A stretch of 64,000 nucleotides of DNA from a virus. Taxonomy: Duplodnaviria > Caudoviricetes. This document shows positions 57,469-64,000 of the stretch, one piece after another. The translations under genes and the position numbers were made by a program. Location: positions 16,149 through 80,148 of IMG/VR virus record IMGVR_UViG_2974555739_000001. One strand, written 5' to 3'. The first letter of the stretch is position 1; each line of letters opens with the position of its first letter. The notes under the pieces were generated by a model. The model was not told where the DNA came from, did not search any database, and worked only from the letters and a program-made list of their open reading frames with translations.

Positions 57469-57975
57469 ATGATTATGAAAAATAATTACAAGGTAAAAGG
57501 TGAGGATATTGAAATTTATGTCCAAAGTATCCACGGTGAATTTACTGTTATCATGGATGTCTCTTTTTTAAATACTTTAGAACAAATCTCTTCTATTTCA
57601 ATTAGACAAAGTAGCAAAAAGGAAGATTACTTTACTGCTGTTTTTTATCACGAAGGTGAAGTTGTATTTTTGCATCACCTTGTTTCAGGAAAACCGTTAA
57701 ACGATTTAGTTGTGGATCACATAGACAGAAATCCCCTTAATAACAAAAGTAATAATTTGAGGGTTGTTACAAAGTCGTTTAATTCTATTAATAAATCCGC
57801 TTGCAACAACAGTAAATCAGGTATCCGTGGTGTTTATTGGTGTAAAACAAATAAAAAATGGCGTTGTGAAGCTACATACGAAGGTAAACGTCATCGTTTA
57901 GGTAGATACAGCACGTTAGTTGAAGCTAGAAGAGTGATCCGCAAGTTTTGGGAAGAAAAAGGTATAGTTATATGA
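57469..57975 (+). CDS. HNH homing endonuclease with AP2-like C-terminus
   Basis: LHHLV...VVDHIDRNPLNNKSNNLR; SKSGIRGVYW...KWR. Confidence 0.85.
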   Translation: MIMKNNYKVKGEDIEIYVQSIHGEFTVIMDVSFLNTLEQISSISIRQSSKKEDYFTAVFYHEGEVVFLHHLVSGKPLNDLVVDHIDRNPLNNKSNNLRVVTKSFNSINKSACNNSKSGIRGVYWCKTNKKWRCEATYEGKRHRLGRYSTLVEARRVIRKFWEEKGIVI

Positions 57976-58193
57976 TAGGGGAGGTTATTTTTCTAGCCTT
58001 TCACTTGGAAACTAATATCGAAATAAATCATACTCGTAGGATTTGAGTTAATGAAGTAGGGGTAGTAAAATCTCTAGGCTTTTTCCTGAAAATCAACATC
58101 GAATTAAATCAAAATGACACTTTTTCACCTTCAGTAGATGGGGGCCAATAAATCACTGGACATTTTTTGAAAAACCAAAGTCGAAATAAATCA
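57976..58193. repeat. Three degenerate ~81-82 bp tandem repeats
   Basis: TCGAAWTAAATCA at 58018, 58099 and 58181; T(A/G)GGGG at 57976, 58057 and 58139. Confidence 0.65.
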
Positions 58194-58521
58194 CACTGTC
58201 AGTTTTACAACTTCTAAAAAAAATGAGCAGAAAAATGTTTCAACACTGAAAAAACAGTGTATGATATAAGTGTAACAACAAACTAACTCACTCTCTCATA
58301 TGTTTCATGATCGTAGTAGCTAATTTGATACAAAATTTGATTCCCCCTCAAATTTATTTGTTGAATAAGCGATGATATGCCAAAAAAGGAAACTCCAATA
58401 TCATATGTAAATATAAATCGAATGTTTTTCTAACTCCTGTTTTTTTCATTCGGATTATAAATACATTTTGATGTCGGTGTTTCCTTTTTTTTATTACACA
58501 AAAACTAAGGAGTGTTCAAAT

Positions 58522-58968
58522 ATGTTCAATAGAAATGTGACGATGGATATTATGTGTAAGCGATGCAAAAGAAAAACTGATGCAACAGACTTTCCAGCTC
58601 ATAAAATTGCAATAAAATGTGAATGTGGTGGATGGTTAATCACTCCAACAGGCACGTTTGATGCACAATTAGTTTATCACAAATTCGCATTTTCATTAGC
58701 AAGCAAAAAATTAGTTTCTGTTATCATTTCTGATAGCCTGGAAAATGCTATTGCTTACTTTGAAAATCTTCACAATGAAAAGGTAGATCAAACACATAAG
58801 ATCAATCCTATCAACTATCAAGACATCACGTTCACAAATACAATCAAGAATGAAGAAGGTCATGAGGAAGAAATTGTTGCTGATTTGTGCGATATCATTT
58901 TCAGCTGCAATCAAGACAACTTAGAAGCTGCTCACATGACAATGGACGAATACATCCAACGCTTCTGA
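58522..58968 (+). CDS. Protein with N-terminal Zn finger (CKRC...IAIKCEC)
   Basis: AAGGAG RBS supports ATG at 58522; ORF track 58468..58968. Confidence 0.65.
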   Translation: MFNRNVTMDIMCKRCKRKTDATDFPAHKIAIKCECGGWLITPTGTFDAQLVYHKFAFSLASKKLVSVIISDSLENAIAYFENLHNEKVDQTHKINPINYQDITFTNTIKNEEGHEEEIVADLCDIIFSCNQDNLEAAHMTMDEYIQRF

Positions 58969-59190
58969 CTAGCACCGGCCCTATAGCTCAAAGGTGGTTT
59001 GCCGTTATGCACTAGTCACCGCTGCTCCCTATAGCTCAAAGGCTAGTTTCCGTTATGGCCCTTACAGCTCAACACCACCGCGCCGCTATACAGCTCGACA
59101 GCACCTTTCCGTTATAGTGCCACACGTCACCAGGGCCACACCGCGGCGCGCCTATACAGCTCGAAGGCCATGTTCCGTTATAGGGGCCAA
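58967..59190 (+). repeat. GC-rich array of four imperfect hairpin repeats (candidate structured ncRNA)
   Basis: CTATA(CA)GCTCRAM-loop-TTTG/TTCCGTTATRG units at about 58981, 59028, 59085 and 59151. Confidence 0.7.
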
Positions 59191-59591
59191 TCACTCGTGC
59201 GCGTAACCTATTATGGGCCACCACCTGAAGCGCTTATAGTGTGTGCTCGCTGTTGCTACTATGTGCGCGGTCTGTTATGCTCCATCTGTTCATACACACT
59301 AACCACCACATAACTTTTAGGCTTTTCAGTTTCCTTTGTATCACATTTTTATTTCTTTCGAATATAAAACTATTCAAAACCATAAAAACCTCTTACAAAG
59401 GATTTTAAACAGTCTGAATGATATTAACCTTTTTGTATGCCATAAAACCATAAAACAAAAAGAGCACCAACATATACACTAGGCTTTTCAAATTCGCTTC
59501 TAAACGATCTTAAAAGCTATTTGATACCTAATATATACATTGGCGCTCTAAACGGTTACAAAGGCATTTAAACGCCTTGTAAGAGACAAAT

Positions 59592-59640
59592 AAAAAAGCA
59601 CCAACACACTAACCATTTTTAAGGTTAATATGTTGGTGCT
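59592..59640 (-). terminator. Terminator of the early operon
   Basis: GCACCAACA..TAACC-loop-GGTTA..TGTTGGTGC followed by TTTTTT on the minus strand. Confidence 0.75.
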
Positions 59641-59647
59641 CGCTTAT

Positions 59648-59767
59648 TTATTGGCACTCTTCGAATTCACTCACGTTTTTGCATTTGTTACACTTTACTT
59701 GAATTTTTCCCTTAAACATTCCCAACAACAAAAGGCGTTTACATATCTTACATCTGAATTGCTTCAT
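59648..59767 (-). CDS. 39-aa Com-family Zn-finger protein (MKQFRCKICKRLLLLGMFKGKIQVKCNKCKNVSEFEECQ)
   Basis: Manual translation; RCxxCxxLL...I.VKCxxCK matches the Mu Com pattern; AAAGGCGG RBS; starts 1 nt after the upstream stop. Confidence 0.75.
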   Translation of the reverse strand: MKQFRCKICKRLLLLGMFKGKIQVKCNKCKNVSEFEECQ

Positions 59768-59768
59768 G

Positions 59769-60395
59769 TTATTGGCCGCCTTTCAAAGCTGATGCCATAA
59801 CATAAGAGCCTTTACCGTTTTCAACTAACTTCTCAACTTTTACAAGTTCTAATGTTTCCGCGTCATAAACTGCATTAACGTAGTCACCGTTTTTCAATTC
59901 ATCATTATACATAACTTGTTCTGATGTGAAATAAACGCCGGTGTTAACGTCTGAGCAATTGTTATAGCAAATTCCGTTATATTCGCCGTTTTCAGCGTTT
60001 GTAATTTGGTATGAGCTAAAAACATATTCATCGTTGTAAGGAACATCGCTTGTATCCGCTGTTTTCTTCTGTTTAAGGTGTTTTACATCTGTTACACCTA
60101 TAAACTTATCTTCACCTTTTAAAACGCGGTATTCAGCTTTTACAATATCGCCGATTTTGACATCTTCATCATTCAGAACATCAGAAGGTTCGAACCCTAG
60201 AAAATCTTTATCAGTTCCTTTTCTAACATTCTTAGCAACAAAAATACCATTGTCTTCTTCTTGGACTTTGAACACTTCATAAGCTAATGGGCTTTTTACC
60301 TCTTCTTCTTTCGTGAAATGGTTAAAACCTAATGTAGCAGTTACACCAACAAGAAAACCTACCGGTAATAATAATTTACGTTTGAATTGTTTCAT
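59769..60395 (-). CDS. Membrane-anchored/secreted protein with two internally repeated domains
   Basis: N-terminal hydrophobic segment; repeats F..S.V..D..(V/L)K.GD.V.A.Y. Confidence 0.6.
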   Translation of the reverse strand: MKQFKRKLLLPVGFLVGVTATLGFNHFTKEEEVKSPLAYEVFKVQEEDNGIFVAKNVRKGTDKDFLGFEPSDVLNDEDVKIGDIVKAEYRVLKGEDKFIGVTDVKHLKQKKTADTSDVPYNDEYVFSSYQITNAENGEYNGICYNNCSDVNTGVYFTSEQVMYNDELKNGDYVNAVYDAETLELVKVEKLVENGKGSYVMASALKGGQ

Positions 60396-60417
60396 AATAA
60401 AATCACTCCTAATATAA

Positions 60418-60471
60418 TTTTAGATGTTTTAAGCATCTATAAAAGCCATATCAAGCGATATGACTTCTAAC
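60418..60471 (-). promoter_or_regulatory. Double-hairpin leader element A
   Basis: 13-bp stem with GCTT loop, then TAGATG/CATCTA stem, then AGGAGTG RBS. Confidence 0.7.
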
Positions 60472-60481
60472 ATACTTAAAG

Positions 60482-60760
60482 TTATCTTGCACCAACATAT
60501 ACATGATAATCACTATTTGGAGCTTTTAAACATTCAATAACGTTTCCGTATCGGTTCAAACTCATTTTTGTAATATCATCTAACGAAAAGCCTTGATGCT
60601 TCAACTCTTCGTCTGCATCTTGAGTCATTTCAAAAGTTCCAAAAAAAGTGAAATCAGGATTTTCTTCTAATTCTTTGATTTCGTTTTCTAACTCTTCTTC
60701 GCTATCTAAATTACAAATACCAACAATACCACATGCACTATTATAAAGTTCTTCATTCAT
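60482..60760 (-). CDS. Acidic early hypothetical protein
   Basis: 92 aa; GGAGTG RBS. Confidence 0.6.
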   Translation of the reverse strand: MNEELYNSACGIVGICNLDSEEELENEIKELEENPDFTFFGTFEMTQDADEELKHQGFSLDDITKMSLNRYGNVIECLKAPNSDYHVYVGAR

Positions 60761-60784
60761 TTTAAAATCACTCCAATTTTTAAA

Positions 60785-60840
60785 TTTTAGATAAATTAAA
60801 TTATCTATAAGAGCTATGAAACAAGTTCATAACTCCTAAC
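60785..60840 (-). promoter_or_regulatory. Double-hairpin leader element B
   Basis: 13-bp stem with CTTGT loop, then TAGATAA-TTTAAT-TTATCTA. Confidence 0.7.
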
Positions 60841-60845
60841 ATAAG

Positions 60846-61157
60846 TTAATTTATTCCCATGTTTTCGCCTATCTCTTCTATTTCCTTGATACTTGTGTAC
60901 GTTTTGCGGAATTGTCTCGCGTCTTCTAAAGTTTTGAATTCTTGAAAGTCTCCAAGTGTTTCAATTTTATTAGTGTTATGATTAAACCATCTTAATGTAT
61001 AAAGTTTATCCATATCCAATTCCATACGTTCACTAGTAATGAAAATGTTTACTTTGTTCGGTTGTGTTTCGATTTGGCTATTGAAAAAATCCATAGCTCC
61101 TTTACTAAACCACATAGGACAAAGTTCTTTCATTTCATTGATAGATAGTTTTTTCAC
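60846..61157 (-). CDS. Early hypothetical protein (WFS..AM.FF...FITSE motif)
   Basis: 103 aa; GTG start; GGAGTG RBS. Confidence 0.6.
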   Translation of the reverse strand: MKKLSINEMKELCPMWFSKGAMDFFNSQIETQPNKVNIFITSERMELDMDKLYTLRWFNHNTNKIETLGDFQEFKTLEDARQFRKTYTSIKEIEEIGENMGIN

Positions 61158-61180
61158 AATAAATCACTCCAATTAGTTTT

Positions 61181-61237
61181 TTTTAAAGGTATTAAAACCT
61201 TTAGAGAAGTTACAAACCGTAGTTCGTAACCTCTAAA
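61181..61237 (-). promoter_or_regulatory. Double-hairpin leader element C
   Basis: 13-bp stem with TACG loop, then TAAAGGT-TTTAAT-ACCTTTA. Confidence 0.7.
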
Positions 61238-61246
61238 AAGCTTTAA

Positions 61247-61552
61247 TTAAGAAATGTAATAATAATGGTTATTTTCTTCGCTGTCTTCTAAAACCATCAC
61301 AAGTGTATGAGCGTTAACTAAGGCGAAATAACTTACTTCCATACCTTCGTACTCTACATAGTTCATAACATTTAACATAGGAACAGTAGAAGAACTATAA
61401 GCGGTAGATACTTCAACTTCGTATCCTTCCATTTCTTCGAACCATTCAGCGATATAACTTTCAATCCCTGTAATTTCGAAGTTGCTCATATCCTTAAAAG
61501 TTTCTTTGAAATCCTGCTCGTTTGAATAATCAGCTTTTACAAATCTTGTCAT
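61247..61552 (-). CDS. Acidic early hypothetical protein
   Basis: 101 aa; GGGAGTG RBS. Confidence 0.6.
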   Translation of the reverse strand: MTRFVKADYSNEQDFKETFKDMSNFEITGIESYIAEWFEEMEGYEVEVSTAYSSSTVPMLNVMNYVEYEGMEVSYFALVNAHTLVMVLEDSEENNHYYYIS

Positions 61553-61578
61553 AATAACAACACTCCCAATTTTTATTG

Positions 61579-61632
61579 TTTAGGTTTACAACCTAATTCA
61601 AAACATCAAACGCTTTTGATATCTTGAGTTAA
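61579..61632 (-). promoter_or_regulatory. Double-hairpin leader element D
   Basis: 13+4-bp stem with AGCG loop, then TAGGTT-GTA-AACCTA. Confidence 0.65.
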
Positions 61633-61704
61633 GCCGCAAAAGCAGCTAGACCGGAGTGAGTGATTTTGTTATTTAATTTTCAAGGATCGGTGTATCTAAT
61701 ACTT

Positions 61705-61732
61705 ATTATAGCAGTTATTTCTTATAAGTCAA
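61705..61732 (-). promoter_or_regulatory. Early sigma-A promoter with 14-bp operator in the spacer
   Basis: TTGACT-N16-TATAAT; operator at 61716-61729. Confidence 0.7.
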
Positions 61733-61802
61733 TAACTTTTTTTAAAAACTTTTTAATCAGTTTCGATTAAGTTGTTTTCGTTTGTTATTAGCTTATATAT
61801 GT

Positions 61803-61831
61803 ATATTACATAACTATTTCCTATAAGTAAA
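61803..61831 (-). promoter_or_regulatory. Early sigma-A promoter with 14-bp operator
   Basis: TTTACT-N17-TAATAT; operator at 61815-61828. Confidence 0.6.
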
Positions 61832-61937
61832 GTATTTCAAGCGATATTTTTAAAGATAGTTCTTTAGTCCTAAATTTTTTTGAGTCAAAACATTTCCAGG
61901 GTTCAAAAGTAACAAAAAAGCCGCTATTATAAGCGAC

Positions 61938-62348
61938 TTATTTATAAAATATTGATTTGTTTGTTAAGATGACTTTTTCAGCAGTTTCTATTTTTTGCGT
62001 GTGATCGTTTTTATTTACAAAATACTTTGTTGTATATGGATTTACATATCCTTCGTTAAAATCATTTGTATTCGTTTCAACAGTTAAAGAAGCATCTTTC
62101 AAAATACCTCTTACGACAGCGTAAACAGCTTTTTGTTTTTTATCTAAAATGGTTTTATGAGCTGATTCACTAATTTTAAAAACAGCATTTTCGATTACAA
62201 CTGTTTCCGCGTATCCAATAACTTTTCCTTTATTCGGATTTTGTTTATCAAGCGATTTAATAGAAAAGCCGCCTTTATGCAAATTGTAATATGCTTCAAT
62301 TCTTTCACCTACGTTAATATTCATGTTTTCACGTAAAGTAATGTTCAT
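61938..62348 (-). CDS. Early hypothetical protein (YYNLHKGGFS motif)
   Basis: 136 aa with its own promoter and terminator. Confidence 0.6.
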   Translation of the reverse strand: MNITLRENMNINVGERIEAYYNLHKGGFSIKSLDKQNPNKGKVIGYAETVVIENAVFKISESAHKTILDKKQKAVYAVVRGILKDASLTVETNTNDFNEGYVNPYTTKYFVNKNDHTQKIETAEKVILTNKSIFYK

Positions 62349-62381
62349 TTATAAATTCACTCCTTATATTTGATTAATTCC

Positions 62382-62410
62382 ATTATATCAATTACTTATA
62401 AGAAATACAA
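62382..62410 (-). promoter_or_regulatory. Early sigma-A promoter with 14-bp operator
   Basis: TTGTAT-N17-TATAAT; operator at 62394-62407. Confidence 0.7.
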
Positions 62411-62492
62411 GATAAAAGGCCATATTCAGAAACCTTTTTTATTCTTATTCGGTAAAGGCCAAATAAAAAGAGAATATCAAATGATATCCCCT

Positions 62493-62561
62493 TTATTCCT
62501 TCACTATATCCATATAGGCTAAGTATATAAGGCTACTTAGTATAACGGCCCATACTATCAT
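62493..62561 (-). CDS. 22-aa hydrophobic peptide MIVWAVILSSLIYLAYMDIVKE
   Basis: ATGA overlap with the upstream stop; GAGGT RBS; terminator follows. Confidence 0.5.
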   Translation of the reverse strand: MIVWAVILSSLIYLAYMDIVKE

Positions 62562-62785
62562 GATACCTCATAACCCTTCTTATTAGCTTCTGCTATACGC
62601 TTCTTGTATTCGTACCCTGTCATGTATTGTGTTTCGTATTGAGTAGCATTGTTAGTAATACGATGTATCATATTAAGATCATTAGTAATAACATGTAGCT
62701 TCTTGCGCTTACGTACTGTAATGTATATAGCCTGTATGCCTTCCTTAGTTGTACGGTTAATCATATTAATGTATTCATATAGCAT
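62558..62785 (-). CDS. Basic early hypothetical protein
   Basis: 75 aa; AAAGGGG RBS; promoter upstream. Confidence 0.55.
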   Translation of the reverse strand: MLYEYINMINRTTKEGIQAIYITVRKRKKLHVITNDLNMIHRITNNATQYETQYMTGYEYKKRIAEANKKGYEVS

Positions 62786-62828
62786 AATGTATATCCCCTT
62801 TACTTATATAGTGTGTGTATCTATATGT

Positions 62829-62857
62829 ATTATAACTATTACCTATAAGTAATGCAA
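62829..62857 (-). promoter_or_regulatory. Early sigma-A promoter with 14-bp operator
   Basis: TTGCAT-N17-TATAAT; operator at 62837-62850. Confidence 0.7.
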
Positions 62858-63200
62858 TACCCTATATGTACATACCATAGTACATATGCATACCTAATAG
62901 TAATAACATATATAACATATAGTAATACATATGTATCATGTATATATAACAATGTATATGTAACATGCATTGATACATTGAGCATGTGTGTGTCATGTGT
63001 ATGTGTGCATGTGTGTTGCATGTGTTCATTGATTGTTCAATGATGTATCGTAACATGCATGTGTATATGTAACACGTATATGTACATCAGTATCAATATA
63101 CAGTAACATCATTATCAGTATATATAACTCATATATGATGATGTATATATAAGATGTATATAAGCAGCTCCAACATGCATGATGATATATAAAGCTATTG
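62858..63200. repeat. Alternating purine-pyrimidine low-complexity tract
   Basis: Dense (TA)n/(TG)n/CATG; AACATGCAT at 62962, 63052 and 63172. Confidence 0.75.
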
Positions 63201-63358
63201 TTCGCTTATTGTATGTAAAAAGTGTTTCGCTGCTCTTGTATATACAAGTGAAAGTCATAAGGTTTAATAAGCAATACTTATGTCGGATCAGAAGAAATTC
63301 TTATCAAAAATTTTCTCTAAAAGTATTGACAAAGTGTGTATATGTGTGGTAATAATTC

Positions 63359-63410
63359 AGCTAATATTTGTTATATGTAACGTAATTTGGAGCTAATATT
63401 TGCTATATGT
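63359..63410 (+). repeat. 20-bp direct repeat, two copies
   Basis: AGCTAATATTTG(T/C)TATATGT at 63359 and 63391, downstream of a TTGACA-containing promoter-like sequence at 63326. Confidence 0.7.
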
Positions 63411-63988
63411 TATTAAAAATATAATGTTCAATTGTACATAGCTTCGACGTATTATAAGCACACGTTGGATAGTTACATGCAAGCCTAAACTGCTGATAAG
63501 AGTCTTCAGCTCGCGCGATCTGTTACCCTAACCGCTGTTATGGCCTAAAAAAATGCTTAAAAAAAGATGTGTAAATGTTGGGCCACATCTAACCTTGTAT
63601 ATGGGCTTCTTATAAGATAACTTATAGGAAATAAGCAGCGTGGCGGGTACTTTACATTGTTTTTCGTAAAATTTGATAAAAACGTTCCGTACTCCCCACT
63701 CCTTCCAACCGGCCATTTTTCCCCTTCGAGTAACTAATTTTTCTCGAATAAATCCCCGAATATTTACGAGTAGTAGCTAATAATAGTCGGATCAGCTACC
63801 AGGGGGGTACTTTTACAAATTAGAAATAATCGACTTTTTCTTGATATATCGCGGTTTATTTAAAATTTTTTGTGACATATAGCGAATAATAGCTTCTTAT
63901 AATTGTTCGGTAAAATAGGTTAATGCATGTAACGAATAAAATGTGTGTATGATGATAGAAATAACTTACTAGGAAAGGATGATCCGGA

Positions 63989-64000
63989 ATGATGACAAGA
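63989..64000 (+). CDS. Start of a gene truncated by the window end (possibly the first packaging gene)
   Basis: AAAGGATG RBS plus ATG ATG ACA AGA; identity inferred only from position. Confidence 0.35.

Noticed and set aside
58975-59010. tRNA-like start GGCCCTATAGCTCA
   Set aside because: No D-stem closure, anticodon arm, TTC loop or acceptor stem; the motif recurs as a repeat unit instead.
58967-59190. CRISPR array
   Set aside because: Repeats are degenerate with internal variation, spacers are irregular, and there is no cas operon; the Cas4-like gene is 26 kb away in the replication block.
58994-59206. 70-aa ORF across the GC-rich repeats
   Set aside because: No RBS, atypical codon usage; a by-product of the repeats.
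62839-63056. Three overlapping ORFs rich in Y/H/M/C/T/V
   Set aside because: RY alternation suppresses stop codons; no RBS.

Overview
The window is a 64 kb stretch of an AT-rich siphovirus-type phage genome. A Bacillus-group host is inferred from the Bacillus-type ThyA, SigF/SigG-like sigma factors, SPP1-type holin and GGAGG ribosome-binding sites. It has six blocks. (1) 1-27585 (+): morphogenesis and lysis, from a 5'-truncated prohead protease through capsid, tail tube, receptor-binding proteins, tape measure, tail tip, two holins and an endolysin. (2) 27615-47199 (-): nucleotide metabolism, replication and recombination, with no DNA polymerase seen. (3) 47429-51276 (+): a membrane cassette with an RHH protein, tiny membrane peptides, a VirB2-like protein and a VirD4/HerA-like ATPase, plus an antisense peptide behind a consensus sigma-G promoter. 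(4) 51291-55485 (-): HNH nuclease, tyrosine recombinase and a sigma factor fused to a coiled coil. (5) 55875-58968 (+): antirepressor, LysM-CAP protein, HNH nuclease and a Zn-finger protein. (6) 59648-62785 (-): small early-type genes, followed by a noncoding putative packaging/terminal region. The most unusual signals are four covarying double-hairpin leaders in front of consecutive early genes ending in an unannotated Com-like Zn-finger gene, a GC-rich hairpin array at 58967-59190, the sporulation-linked T4SS-like cassette, a 14-bp operator at six sites, and a four-copy putative late promoter. All functional calls come from manual motif recognition; no database search was run.
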